Virus record (IMG/VR): IMGVR_UViG_3300020045_000872
Coordinates: 1 to 63,077 of that record
Length of the DNA: 63,077 nt
DNA from: a virus
Taxonomy: Duplodnaviria; Caudoviricetes
Direction: 5' to 3' (one strand)
In this document: piece after piece, positions 43,637 through 54,238 of the stretch
Position numbering within the stretch: position 1 is the stretch's first letter
Layout of the letters: each line of letters opens with the position of its first letter
The notes under the pieces: generated by a model
The model's database searches: none
What the model was told of the DNA's origin: nothing
The model's input: the letters and a program-made list of their open reading frames with translations, nothing else
Translations under genes and position numbers: made by a program

Positions 43637-45819
43637 TAACGTAACTCCGTCCATTTCGAGAGCACACCACTATTAGTTGTGGCTATATAAGTTGACCCAT
43701 TCGGTACTACACAACTCAGTTGAGCAGATAGTGTGGCCGAACCATAAACCAAGTTAGAAACTTGGATACCATCTACTGATAGTGTATATGTCTTACTAGC
43801 AGCAGCAACAGGGTAAATCGAAACATAAATCGGCTTGCCAGTTGAATTGGTATATGTTGTACCAAATGCACGGCTGGCAGTAACATCTTGGATTGTCTGG
43901 CCAGCCCCCAATCCACTGGTGTTTGCAAGTACAAAGGCAGTTGTTGCAACCTGTGTTGTGTTAGTTCCAGCTGCTGCCGTCGGGGCAGTTGGTGTCCCAG
44001 TTAATGCTGGAGATGCACTCAGTACAACACTACCAGTTCCTGTAGAAGTTGTTACACCTGTACCACCTCTTGCAACAGGGAGTGTTCCAGCAGCAATATC
44101 TCCAGCATCTAGGTTTGTCAGTCCAGAACCATTACCAATAAATGTTGCAGTAACAGTTCCAGCAGAGAAGTTTCCGCTGGCGTCTCGCTGCACTATGCTG
44201 CTTGCAGTGTTAGCACTGGTAGCAGCAATAGTTGCACTGTTAGTCAACTCCAGCGCGGTTCTCGCAGAAGAGGCAGTAGCTCCTAAAGCTACTTGGTTAC
44301 CAGAGTGCCAAAGTTCGTTCCAACCCAACCACCCACCTGACCCGTTGCCTACCCTGAACCCGGCTGTAGCGCCAACGCCGTAGGACATAACAAACTGGGT
44401 GGTTACCGCGCCTGACCTGTGCAGGTGCAGACCGCTTGGGTAGCTGCCTCCAAGGGTCCAGTCGGAAGGCGCAGAATCAGTAGCCGAGATGAATCCGTTA
44501 GCAAGCGTTGCGTTGCTCAGTGGGCCTGACACGTTGCCGTCATTATCCCCCAGTCCAAAAGCGCCTTTGAGTAGTAAGGTGTTGCCGGTTAAATCAGTTG
44601 GAGAGGATTGTGCGTTTAGAACAGCAGCAGTCCCCAGACCTAGAGCAGTTCTAGCTGATGCAGCAGTTGTGCCAATAGATAGTTGGTTGTTGGAACTCCA
44701 TTTCTCAAACCAAGGCTGCCATGCCCCAGTCTGGTAATAGCGTATCCACTCTCTAGCACTAGTTACTACGTTTCTGTATACCTGAATAGCCGCTGTAGCT
44801 GAGTAGTTGTAGTGGACGCACGCCCCGCCCCCCGCCCCTGGCGGTGCGTTGCAAGCTGCTACGTTTACCTGAGCTACACCAACAACTTGACTCCCTGTGT
44901 TTATCAGGGTATCGAGGCTAGTAGTGCCCATTGGGGTTATAGTTACAGCACCCCAGCTGTAATCACCAACTTTGGTGATACGGCCTGCGGTAGTATCATT
45001 CTGGCTTGTGGTAATATCCGATGTTGCGGTAGTCCCAAGTCCTAGGTTTGTTCGAGCTGCTGCTACTGTAGAAGCACCAGTACCACCGTCTGCGATTGCA
45101 AGATCAGTGATTCCAGTGATAGCCCCTCCAGTAATTACTACGCTGGAACTGTCCTGTAAAGCCATCGAGCCAAGGCCAAGAGTAGTGCGTCCAGCGGTAG
45201 CATCTGCATCATCAATCAAACTACGACCAAATACTGTTAAGTCTGTGACTGTGGCAGTATCGACACCAGAGAAGTATGGTAGCTTGTTAACTCCGGTTGC
45301 CAGAGCAGCTAGAGTTGTCAATGTCGGATCAAGAGCTTGAGCACCAATAGTGGTACGGACAGCAGCCGCAGTTGTATCATCTAGGATTGTACGGGCAAAC
45401 GCGGACAATGTAGTTGTTGTGGCAGTTGTTGTGCCATTGAAGTATGGGAGCTTATCGGCAGCAGGCGTAACAGCCCCTAGCGCGTTTAGTGCTGTGGAAT
45501 AGTCTGCAAAAGCCCTAACCCAACTAACTAAGGCTGTTGGGTTAGAATTGGTCGAAGTAGCAGTGGCCCTGTAGATAACGCCATCATGCTGCACGTAAGA
45601 TTTGTTAATCTGGTACTCAGTAACTGCATCCCACTCTGGTATACCTTTTTGCAGCATGTACGCGATATTCTGGTCTTGTCTGTTCTCAAACCAGTTCCAC
45701 CATTGACGTGGTACGACCTCCACACCCCATCCAGCGGCAATCTTTGCAGCATCTGGTGCCACAACATCGCCAGATGATGCCCAGATATCTGTCATATCGT
45801 ATTTAGTAATATTTGCCAT
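43636..45819 (-). CDS. tail fibre protein 1
   Basis: Thr/Ala/Gly-rich repeats, SPALTGTPTAPT, YTN.TGKPI C-terminal domain. Confidence 0.9.
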   Translation of the reverse strand: MANITKYDMTDIWASSGDVVAPDAAKIAAGWGVEVVPRQWWNWFENRQDQNIAYMLQKGIPEWDAVTEYQINKSYVQHDGVIYRATATSTNSNPTALVSWVRAFADYSTALNALGAVTPAADKLPYFNGTTTATTTTLSAFARTILDDTTAAAVRTTIGAQALDPTLTTLAALATGVNKLPYFSGVDTATVTDLTVFGRSLIDDADATAGRTTLGLGSMALQDSSSVVITGGAITGITDLAIADGGTGASTVAAARTNLGLGTTATSDITTSQNDTTAGRITKVGDYSWGAVTITPMGTTSLDTLINTGSQVVGVAQVNVAACNAPPGAGGGACVHYNYSATAAIQVYRNVVTSAREWIRYYQTGAWQPWFEKWSSNNQLSIGTTAASARTALGLGTAAVLNAQSSPTDLTGNTLLLKGAFGLGDNDGNVSGPLSNATLANGFISATDSAPSDWTLGGSYPSGLHLHRSGAVTTQFVMSYGVGATAGFRVGNGSGGWLGWNELWHSGNQVALGATASSARTALELTNSATIAATSANTASSIVQRDASGNFSAGTVTATFIGNGSGLTNLDAGDIAAGTLPVARGGTGVTTSTGTGSVVLSASPALTGTPTAPTAAAGTNTTQVATTAFVLANTSGLGAGQTIQDVTASRAFGTTYTNSTGKPIYVSIYPVAAASKTYTLSVDGIQVSNLVYGSATLSAQLSCVVPNGSTYIATTNSGVLSKWTELR

Positions 45820-45835
45820 TATTTAAATCCTTATT

Positions 45836-46570
45836 TTATGTAATCAAGTTTGATAGAAAACCACCAACCGTTATGTCGTTTAGGTCACCAGTACCCTGGC
45901 CTCCAGGGAAACCTTCTGTGGCGAATACCCTACCAGCTTGGAATTCTGTATAGGAGTAGCTAACTCCAACTGGCTTAGGTAGGAGCGTGCCAGCCCCGCC
46001 AAGATCGAATAGGAGGCCGCGCTCTACGTTATTTAATATCTTACCGATACCAATTCTAACTTCCGCTGGACCAAGCTCTTCGATAACAACCTGACCAACA
46101 CCAAATAGAAATTTGTAAGCTTCGATAACATCCTCTGGTGTGGCAAGTGTTCTATTTTTAATAATCTTAGCTTTGAGTATTAATCTATACTCTTCGTCAG
46201 AAGGTGCACGACTAATGCCAACTGGAGCATCTAGTGAGTACCACTGGCCGCCAACAGTCGGGTCAGTTGTCGACCCGAAAGACTCAGCCTGTGGAGCGCC
46301 CTCAAAACCAAAGTAGTAGAAAAGGTCAGCGGTAACTAGGCCACGTGGTCGCCCAACAATCTCACCTATAACATCTAACTGAGCGCCAACGGCTGTATCA
46401 ATGGACCTCAGTTGCATAACGTCTTGCATAACATTCTGTAGTTCAACCTTACCCGAGAGTAAAAGTTGCAGATACTTGTCATACACAGGTTTGTTTTTGA
46501 ATTGCTGAGTGACGCGGTCGCGTGCAACATCAAGGAACTCTTCATTTACAAATTGGTTTAGTTCAGACAC
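45836..46570 (-). CDS. baseplate protein (DUF2612-like)
   Basis: IDTAVGAQLDVIG.IVG..R. Confidence 0.8.
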   Translation of the reverse strand: MSELNQFVNEEFLDVARDRVTQQFKNKPVYDKYLQLLLSGKVELQNVMQDVMQLRSIDTAVGAQLDVIGEIVGRPRGLVTADLFYYFGFEGAPQAESFGSTTDPTVGGQWYSLDAPVGISRAPSDEEYRLILKAKIIKNRTLATPEDVIEAYKFLFGVGQVVIEELGPAEVRIGIGKILNNVERGLLFDLGGAGTLLPKPVGVSYSYTEFQAGRVFATEGFPGGQGTGDLNDITVGGFLSNLIT

Positions 46571-46581
46571 TTGTCCTCCTA

Positions 46582-48039
46582 TTACACGACAGTGATTACA
46601 ATATTCTCAGCAGAGATTGAAGCAACTTCGTCAAAGTTTACAACTATGTTTGAAGTGCCGACAGGGTTGATAGTCTTACCTATTGTAAGCGAGTTAACTG
46701 TAAAACCAGGCACACCGTTAATAGGTGTGTAAAGTCTTGAGTAGATAACATCAGAGCTGATAAATAGATTACTATCCGAGTAGTTAACCAACTGCTGTTT
46801 GATTTGTGCATCAGCGTCTCCAGGCATGAACCCAAGATCACTAATCTCCATCTTGACATAGACGGGCACTTCGGTTGGTTGTTTATACGCGATGTTATGT
46901 AGGATACCCTGGCTGTCGGCCACTTGGACTGTGGTGTCACCAACTGATGGGATGCCTGTAGGCTTGTTATCCCAAATAGCTTGGGCCACGTCAGATGGTA
47001 AGCCACCAAGGACGATAGGTAGGAAGCTATGGGCTGGGACGCCAAGGGCGTCAACTACGGCTGTATCATTCTCGTAGATGGTTACGTCAGTAACACCTGG
47101 GACATTTCTAAGGGCATCCAAGATACCTTCTAAGATATTCTGCGACTGGAAGAACTTACTGTTACGGAACCTTTCGCGTAACTCTTCGTCAGTCTCAGTT
47201 AGTCGTCCAGTTGTTGCAGGTACTGGGTTGGATACTGAATCCCAGCCTGCAATTGGCACAGAGATTGTGTCGATTGTCAGGGATTCTTGTGGGTATGATC
47301 CAACTACGTCGTCTACGACGATGGCAAGCTTTCTTACTTTCTGAACAGAAAGGTTCACACTCAGGTCGAATGTGGCAGCTTGGAAAGGATCAGTTCTAGT
47401 AATGTATAGTCTACCATTAGATTGGTAAGTTGTAAAGGTCGAACTGAATAAATCTTCAACTTCTTGCTGCAATCCGTCTAAAATACTTTGAGCAGTTGTC
47501 CCACTTAGTGGTGTATGGTAAATCGCGTTTAAGAAGTTAACGCCGTCAGTGCTGTAACTGAACCTATAGTCAGTGTCATTCAACACTACTGCTGGATACA
47601 CACCAACACCAGATGCGTTAACAAGGTTTAGCACCACTGGGTTGAGGATACTAAACACCCTCTGAGTGGAGCTTGAGTACGCCTTACCTTGAGGCGAACT
47701 AACTACAATGTTATAGTCACCTTCCAAAATAACAGATGCCCTGGTAGGTTGTGCAGCGAGCCTCGTAATACCACTGAGAGCTACAATGTTGTCAAGTGAG
47801 ATACCAATGGCAGTTACTGGGTTAAAGCTGTCGAAGACTTGTTGTAGTGCCTCCCACAGAGAAGCCTCAGCAGGGGCAATAACACCGATTAGACGACCAA
47901 GCCCACTGGTATCTCCTACGTCTACAACATCGCCTGCTGCAACTAGGTCAGAGAAGATTGATGAAGCGTTTAGTTTATAGTCCGTTAAAACTTCATCAAG
48001 AGTTTTAATTTCCAGACCTTGGCGTGATAGACCAGCCAT
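46582..48039 (-). CDS. baseplate wedge J-like protein
   Basis: GR..ETDEELR.R, ALRNVPGV. Confidence 0.88.
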   Translation of the reverse strand: MAGLSRQGLEIKTLDEVLTDYKLNASSIFSDLVAAGDVVDVGDTSGLGRLIGVIAPAEASLWEALQQVFDSFNPVTAIGISLDNIVALSGITRLAAQPTRASVILEGDYNIVVSSPQGKAYSSSTQRVFSILNPVVLNLVNASGVGVYPAVVLNDTDYRFSYSTDGVNFLNAIYHTPLSGTTAQSILDGLQQEVEDLFSSTFTTYQSNGRLYITRTDPFQAATFDLSVNLSVQKVRKLAIVVDDVVGSYPQESLTIDTISVPIAGWDSVSNPVPATTGRLTETDEELRERFRNSKFFQSQNILEGILDALRNVPGVTDVTIYENDTAVVDALGVPAHSFLPIVLGGLPSDVAQAIWDNKPTGIPSVGDTTVQVADSQGILHNIAYKQPTEVPVYVKMEISDLGFMPGDADAQIKQQLVNYSDSNLFISSDVIYSRLYTPINGVPGFTVNSLTIGKTINPVGTSNIVVNFDEVASISAENIVITVV

Positions 48040-48042
48040 TGT

Positions 48043-48408
48043 TTAGCCTCCTACAGTGATAGTGATAGGTAAAGATTCAGTGTTGTCTGTCACTCTCACA
48101 GAGAATGTCATAGAGTAGCCCCTGGCATTTGTAATCTCAGACTTGAATGTTACAATTTCTATAACACCAGGGTCAGCCGAAATAATCCCCTGAAAGATTA
48201 AATCTACAATAGACTTTGATCTAACTTTACCAAAGATTTGTTGTATGTATGGAACTCCTACGGATGGGTTAAGAAACCACTCGCCGTAGAATGTGTATAG
48301 TGTGATCCTAAGTCTTTGTGCCACAACATCAGCTTGGTGCTGTGTAACTGGGCATGCTCCATTCACAAAGACTAGGTCACCAGTGTTAGTGTCTAATAGT
48401 AAGTCCAT
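48043..48408 (-). CDS. baseplate wedge protein (gp25/gp46-like)
   Basis: QRL...L....GEWFLN...G.PY. Confidence 0.8.
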   Translation of the reverse strand: MDLLLDTNTGDLVFVNGACPVTQHQADVVAQRLRITLYTFYGEWFLNPSVGVPYIQQIFGKVRSKSIVDLIFQGIISADPGVIEIVTFKSEITNARGYSMTFSVRVTDNTESLPITITVGG

Positions 48409-48415
48409 ATAATCC

Positions 48416-49195
48416 TCAACCAGCCACAGGGCCAGTGTTACTAGGGCCAGCCTGGACACCACTGTGAAAGTGAGTATCAAAGATAACACCGTTAAATTTA
48501 GCTACACCAGTAATTGTAAAGTTACCAAGCTGAGTGTAATCTCCTGTCTGGGTTATATTTCCAGTCCAGTTAGTTTGATCCGCGTTAACAACTAGCAGTG
48601 GTGTGTTGATCGTATATTTATCTGAGGCGTTGATAACACCATTCTTACAGTTAACTATTACGTCTTGTCCAGTATTAATTATCAAGTTACCAGACTGCTT
48701 TAGCACGATATTAACTTCTGTACCAGATGCTACATTATGTGCAATACACAAGTCTCTGTTAGAATCGTGTGGAAACTTTCTAATACTTGGTCTGTTGATA
48801 CTCTTACTGAATGTGAATAGTCCAGGGATGGCTACAGCATCTTGGTCTGAGAATTTTCTGTAGTCATTTGCTACTGTTGGTTCCCCATTACCAAGTTTAA
48901 AGTTGTCCATAGACTTCTGCGAGAAGATGCAATAAACCGTGTCACCAACATTAATTGGAAAGCTTATCAGTGTGGTTGCACTTCCAGGGAAGATAACTGG
49001 CACGCTCAAGATTTGCATCCCAGGCTCTGTTGTGCCATCTTTCAGTAGGGTATCTACAGTAGGGACAACGTCAACTCTTTGTTGTTCATTATCACCATGC
49101 ACGTTAACCACTTTACATGGGATAGCAGTGTGAATCTGGGACATATCAATTTGAAACTGTGTTCTGATAACATCCATAATCTCTACATGGATCAT
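48416..49195 (-). CDS. baseplate spike (Gp138-like)
   Basis: OB-like N-terminus; C-terminal HxH (THFHSG). Confidence 0.85.
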   Translation of the reverse strand: MIHVEIMDVIRTQFQIDMSQIHTAIPCKVVNVHGDNEQQRVDVVPTVDTLLKDGTTEPGMQILSVPVIFPGSATTLISFPINVGDTVYCIFSQKSMDNFKLGNGEPTVANDYRKFSDQDAVAIPGLFTFSKSINRPSIRKFPHDSNRDLCIAHNVASGTEVNIVLKQSGNLIINTGQDVIVNCKNGVINASDKYTINTPLLVVNADQTNWTGNITQTGDYTQLGNFTITGVAKFNGVIFDTHFHSGVQAGPSNTGPVAG

Positions 49196-50115
49196 GCTAA
49201 GTCCTCCGCAATAACTTCTGAACAGAAGCATTCAACGTACCAATCATTACCTCTGAAATCTCCGTAGAATCTCGCTGAATTGACTCTGTAATATCCTGTG
49301 ATCCACTTAGACTCAAGCTTAACAACATGCCCTGGAATGATTGAAGTGTTTAGCAGAGCTTTGAATTGGACGCCTCTTCTACGCTTCTTGTCCTTGGCAG
49401 GTTTTCTACCAGTTTCAGATGTGTAGAATGGCAGGTCGATAAGTCCAGTCTGAGCGTTCAATACTGTGGCCAGTTCTGTGTTCTTACTTAGGAGGCCATT
49501 CTCGTCTGAGATATTGAGCACTCCGCAGTTAATGTTGTACTCAAGGTTATTAGCCTCACAGAGCTTCATCAGCATCTCTCTGGGACTACCTTTCAATCTC
49601 CAGCCAAACACTATTGGATTGTTCAGGTTAGTTCCTGTCCACGCCCCTCTGCTAACTCCTGGCATCTGTTGTCTAATCTCTTCAAGGGCATCCTCGGCTT
49701 TCTTACCAGGGCTTACCATTCTGGAGAGCTGCTGGTGGTTAAGGCTTGTATATCCCTCGCCAAGTTTCAGTTGAGTGATATAATCATTGCCAGCTTTGAT
49801 TGTGGATGTTTCTGTGATGTTACCTACAACCAACACTTGGGCACCTGTCTCTTTATATCCAGCAGCAAATGTAACTTCTAAGTAGTCGCTCTCAAGGAGT
49901 TTGATTTGTGAGTCAGATAGGTTATAGATTTCAATGACAGCGGAGTTACCGTTAGAGCGTTTATTGTCAGCCATCTTTGAGATATCAAAAGTGATCTGCC
50001 AAGGGTTCGCCTTTAGGTTTCCGTCATCATCCTTAGTTGGGTTTTCAATTAGTAGGCCATTGCCTGTTTTGTAATCCCCAATTTTTAAGGAGAATACTCT
50101 ATCCTTCTGAGCCAT
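49192..50115 (-). CDS. baseplate hub
   Basis: IYNLS...AGY; synteny. Confidence 0.75.
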   Translation of the reverse strand: MAQKDRVFSLKIGDYKTGNGLLIENPTKDDDGNLKANPWQITFDISKMADNKRSNGNSAVIEIYNLSDSQIKLLESDYLEVTFAAGYKETGAQVLVVGNITETSTIKAGNDYITQLKLGEGYTSLNHQQLSRMVSPGKKAEDALEEIRQQMPGVSRGAWTGTNLNNPIVFGWRLKGSPREMLMKLCEANNLEYNINCGVLNISDENGLLSKNTELATVLNAQTGLIDLPFYTSETGRKPAKDKKRRRGVQFKALLNTSIIPGHVVKLESKWITGYYRVNSARFYGDFRGNDWYVECFCSEVIAEDLA

Positions 50116-50124
50116 AAGTCACTC

Positions 50125-50454
50125 CTATTCGTAGATATAAAATAGACTAAAGAAGGTTGGCATAATATCCGACTCTTCTGTAATCTTGTTTGAGATTGTG
50201 GCGTTGATTGGTAGCAGCATAAAGTAACCAGTTAAGCTGGTATCCTCAAGCGTATAATCAACTGCCATTGGGTATTGTGGGACGATGGCATAGCCAAGTA
50301 GGATTGGAGTCTGATCTTCTAGTCTCAAATCCATGTGCCATTGGCTACACCTTGCATTCCAGTAGAATGTCATTTGGTACGACTGACCTTCAAGTGATAC
50401 TCCATATCTATACTTAAGATCAGTATATAGAGGTAGTTCTATAGCTGTTGTCAT
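50125..50454 (-). CDS. baseplate protein
   Basis: Synteny; WN.R...W..D. Confidence 0.7.
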   Translation of the reverse strand: MTTAIELPLYTDLKYRYGVSLEGQSYQMTFYWNARCSQWHMDLRLEDQTPILLGYAIVPQYPMAVDYTLEDTSLTGYFMLLPINATISNKITEESDIMPTFFSLFYIYE

Positions 50455-51233
50455 TATGGCACCTTCGCTGCGTCAACTGCTGTTGCGGCTTTAGACTTAC
50501 GAACATCAGCAGCAGCTTTAGTTGTATTATCAGTTGGCGTGGTTTCTGGGTTCTTCGGCGCTGTTGGCCCCGATGGGCTTGTAACTGTGCCAGATTGTCT
50601 ACCCTTGTTGACAGTCTTAACCTTTACAGTGATTTCCTGTAGGTTTGTGAACGTAACTTGTTCGATAGTCATACTTGGGAAAATACCATCACCAGTTGTT
50701 TCATCTTCTTTGAAAGTGATGTTTGTGAACACGCAAGGGCTAAACTGCTCAACAACAGAGTTGTCGATAATATCCAGCACTTGGAATTCTTCACTGGTCT
50801 TCCACATATTAATCAAGTCCCTTTTAACAACTAGGGCAATCTTGGCTTTACTCTGTGGAGTTACATACACTTCTGGGATGTTGTCTTTAGTGAACTGTGC
50901 AATAACCTCTGGAAGGATTTTATTGATACCACCCTTATCAGATATCTGCACTGGCATTGTTGTTTCTGTGTTGTTGGTGAATTGCTTGGGCTTGGATACG
51001 TCCTGCCCATCAGCTGTCTTGGCTTCAATTAGTTGCCTTGACAAGTTAAAATCGGCATCTGAGAAGATGCCATCAATCTGCAACACTACGTTTTCACTTG
51101 TTGTGTGGTCTGAAACAAACCCGCCAGTGGCGACGGGATGTTTCGTTACAGTGGCAGAGTATGTTGTTCCATAGTTTGTAATAGCATCGAAGAAGATAAT
51201 ATCTCCGTTGCTTCTTCTAAGTACAATAGCCAT
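50454..51233 (-). CDS. tail tube initiator or Dit-like protein
   Basis: VTKHPV..G..VSDH; follows the tape measure gene. Confidence 0.75.
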   Translation of the reverse strand: MAIVLRRSNGDIIFFDAITNYGTTYSATVTKHPVATGGFVSDHTTSENVVLQIDGIFSDADFNLSRQLIEAKTADGQDVSKPKQFTNNTETTMPVQISDKGGINKILPEVIAQFTKDNIPEVYVTPQSKAKIALVVKRDLINMWKTSEEFQVLDIIDNSVVEQFSPCVFTNITFKEDETTGDGIFPSMTIEQVTFTNLQEITVKVKTVNKGRQSGTVTSPSGPTAPKNPETTPTDNTTKAAADVRKSKAATAVDAAKVP

Positions 51234-51235
51234 TA

Positions 51236-53596
51236 TTACCTCTCAGCCTGTTGTGCTCTTGCTGCTCCGAATATATCTTGGACAGCTTGGCGAGTCATTT
51301 CTTGAAAGTGTGGTTCCAATCCTCTGGCAAACTCCTTAGGGTCGGTTACACCTGCTGGGGCTGTCACTTGAAGTAGTATACTTGGGATATTAATCACTGG
51401 AGCTGCACCTTTGTTAGCTAGCAGGGATACTGGTGCATTAGGAGCAGGCATACCGGAGTTATTTCTATAACTATCTAACCACCCTCCGATACCATTGCCA
51501 GCTGCATCTACAGCCGACCCAACTCCATTAGCAGCCTTGTCGAAGACATAGTTTCTAGCCTTCATTAGTGGGTGAGCTTGAGTTGCATTATAGGCACCCT
51601 CTCCAAGACCTTTAATACCTTGCTTCCAGTCACCACGTAGAATAGCAGCGATACCATTCAAACCAGCTGAGATACTGTCAACCAACTCTTTCATGGACCT
51701 AAGAGCTAGTATTACAGGGTTATCCATCTTAACGCCTTCGAAGATGGCTGGCATTTTAATTCCAAGCTCATCAAAGGCATATCCGATATCTGCAATTGCA
51801 GCTCTCAATCTATCGAATGAGAATACAATTTCGTCAATTGCTTCCTGCATACCCTCTGTACTTTCGACCCAACGACCAAAGACACTATCACCACCTTTAG
51901 CGTAGGTGACTAAATCTTCAAGTGCGAGTGCAGCAAGTCCAAGTGCAACTACGAATGGTCCAAATGGCAGCATTAACACACCAACTGTAACAGCCAGCGC
52001 AGCTAAAGCTTTCTCGGACATTCCCAAACCTTTTGCGAGGTCTGGCCATATTTCACCCAAGTCACCAATCAGAGTGAAGACAGCATTAAGTGGTTGGATT
52101 AATATTTCGAATGCACCACCAAGTGCTCTAATTAGTGGCTCAGCTCTTCTCATTGAGTCTGCAAGAGTCTTAAAGAATCCAGCCATACCCCTATCGAAGC
52201 CGCCCTCAGAGAAGGCAATCACTGCATCAGTAAAGGCTGTGTTCATACGCGCTTGTTCAGCAGCAGTAGACTTCATTGCCTTTTCAAGTGCACCACCAAC
52301 TCTCGATCTTTCAGCTAAGATTTCAGCAAACTTACCAAGGACAGCGTTAGATTTAACATCGCCGTCTTCCATGGCCTTAAAGAGTTTAGCTACAGCTTTA
52401 TCATCTGTACCATATCCAGCAGCCTCAGCCATGGCGCTAATAGCCCCTGGCATACGTTCAGCTAGCTGCCCTTTAAGTTCTTCGGACATTACCTGCCCTT
52501 TGTTCATCATCTGCTCAATGGCACGCATAGAGCCTTTCATGGCCTCGGAGTCAAGACCCATTACACGGCCATATTCAGAAACACCTTGGAAGATGCCCTG
52601 AACATTCTCTGTGGACATACCAGAGGTTTTACCGGACGACAACATTTTGTTATAAGATGGTGCAACTTGACGGTAGTCAAGACCAATAGTGTTGGACAGA
52701 TTTTTAACCCAAGCTGACTGTTCTTTACCTGCTGCTTCACTACCCATAACAGCAGTCATAGCGTTAGCCTGACCTTGCATCTGTTGGTTGATAGTGTTCA
52801 TGTGGCTGAATGCGAATGCTGCTCCAAGCCCCGGAATGGCCCCTCTAGCGAATCCTGCGGCTGTAGATAGACCTTGCCCAGCTCCACGTGTTAGCGATGA
52901 ACCTGCACCGCCTGGGTGGCTTCTATCACCTGCTCCTGCACCCACTCTGATTCTAAAGTCTTGTCCGCTAATGGCTGCTCTGATTTCATCAATCAAATGC
53001 TGCTTATCGACTTTCAATCTTACTTGCGGATTCTCAACTCTAAGTTTGATTGCACTAAGGTTCTTTTGAGCTTGGATGATAGCCCTGCGTAGATTCATTA
53101 CCAACTGATTCTGGTTGATAACTACGTCAAGCTTGATTGGGTTTCTTGCAGCGATTGCTTTTGTTTCTCTTTTAAGCTCAGCTTCCATTTCGGTAAGCTT
53201 TAACTTAATGGGAAGTCCTAGTTGAAGTTGACCCATCATTGTTCTGATGAATCTCTTCTGCTCTACCAACTTACCAATATCTATTCTGACATTATCGAGT
53301 CTGATTGTAGTCTTATTCAGGTAATCTTGAATTCTCTTACCTTGTAGGGTGAGAGCTTCTTTCGACACATCAATGTTATTCAGTACAATCTTAGAGTTTG
53401 TAGCTCTGTCAATTTGTGCTCTCAAAGACTTACTGTCGAGGGCAACCTTTACTGTGAACTTCTTGTTTGCTATAGTTGAGAACTCACGAAGAAGGTTCAT
53501 AACCCCATTCAGACGTTTCTCAAACGCTATCAGTGGACGGGCTTCTACGTTAAACTTTAACGTACCCGTAAGGCGAGCAATTTCCTCGACAAGCAT
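51236..53596 (-). CDS. tape measure protein
   Basis: QMMNKGQVMSEELKGQLAERMPGA motif. Confidence 0.92.
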   Translation of the reverse strand: MLVEEIARLTGTLKFNVEARPLIAFEKRLNGVMNLLREFSTIANKKFTVKVALDSKSLRAQIDRATNSKIVLNNIDVSKEALTLQGKRIQDYLNKTTIRLDNVRIDIGKLVEQKRFIRTMMGQLQLGLPIKLKLTEMEAELKRETKAIAARNPIKLDVVINQNQLVMNLRRAIIQAQKNLSAIKLRVENPQVRLKVDKQHLIDEIRAAISGQDFRIRVGAGAGDRSHPGGAGSSLTRGAGQGLSTAAGFARGAIPGLGAAFAFSHMNTINQQMQGQANAMTAVMGSEAAGKEQSAWVKNLSNTIGLDYRQVAPSYNKMLSSGKTSGMSTENVQGIFQGVSEYGRVMGLDSEAMKGSMRAIEQMMNKGQVMSEELKGQLAERMPGAISAMAEAAGYGTDDKAVAKLFKAMEDGDVKSNAVLGKFAEILAERSRVGGALEKAMKSTAAEQARMNTAFTDAVIAFSEGGFDRGMAGFFKTLADSMRRAEPLIRALGGAFEILIQPLNAVFTLIGDLGEIWPDLAKGLGMSEKALAALAVTVGVLMLPFGPFVVALGLAALALEDLVTYAKGGDSVFGRWVESTEGMQEAIDEIVFSFDRLRAAIADIGYAFDELGIKMPAIFEGVKMDNPVILALRSMKELVDSISAGLNGIAAILRGDWKQGIKGLGEGAYNATQAHPLMKARNYVFDKAANGVGSAVDAAGNGIGGWLDSYRNNSGMPAPNAPVSLLANKGAAPVINIPSILLQVTAPAGVTDPKEFARGLEPHFQEMTRQAVQDIFGAARAQQAER

Positions 53597-53610
53597 ATAA
53601 GCCTCTTTAT

Positions 53611-53892
53611 TTAATTGTTGTTCTGATCAGCTTGTTGTTTGGCTTGTATACGGGCAACTTCGTCCATCTCAAACTTAGCGTCAAGCATCTCAAGAATATT
53701 GTAAATGTCCTCTACGTTGCAGACAGTTTGCAACTCAATATAAGTTGGCAGACCTTTCATATCACTTGTCATGATGCGAAAGATTTCCCAGTCTTGAGTA
53801 TACCCATCCTCTACCCTTTTAAGGCGAGGATGACTTGTCTGTGGTTCCGCGTTAGAGTTTACTGGGCGCCGGAACCTAGCATCTGAAAAACC
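53611..53892 (-). CDS. tail assembly chaperone -1 frameshift extension (GT-like)
   Basis: Slippery G GTT TTT at 53886-53892; -1 frame open to TAA at 53611-53613. Confidence 0.7.
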   Translation of the reverse strand, partial: GFSDARFRRPVNSNAEPQTSHPRLKRVEDGYTQDWEIFRIMTSDMKGLPTYIELQTVCNVEDIYNILEMLDAKFEMDEVARIQAKQQADQNNN

Positions 53893-54221
53893 GATCCGTA
53901 GTTAAACTCCACAATCTCTTTCACCAGCATGAATAGTTTGTCGTATTCACCAGCGAACTCAGAGTTGAAGTTGATAGCTACACTACCCTTAGATGCCGAG
54001 GTAACCAGGGCAATGATCAGCGCCTCAGCGTTGTCATCCAGATTCTCGAACAGGATATTTAGAGCACCTGCGATTGTTGCACCCTCACCTTGCATAGCAG
54101 CAAAGGATGGGCCAAGTGTTTTGATAAGTTGCTTACCAAGCTTCAAACCAGTCATTGCTGGTAGTTGAGTCAGCAGGTAGTCAGTACCTTGGATGTTAAT
54201 TTCTTTTTGTGAGATAGCCAT
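53859..54221 (-). CDS. tail assembly chaperone (G-like)
   Basis: Between tube-like genes and the tape measure gene. Confidence 0.8.
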   Translation of the reverse strand: MAISQKEINIQGTDYLLTQLPAMTGLKLGKQLIKTLGPSFAAMQGEGATIAGALNILFENLDDNAEALIIALVTSASKGSVAINFNSEFAGEYDKLFMLVKEIVEFNYGSVFQMLGSGAQ

Positions 54222-54238
54222 TTATTACTCCTTGTTAT

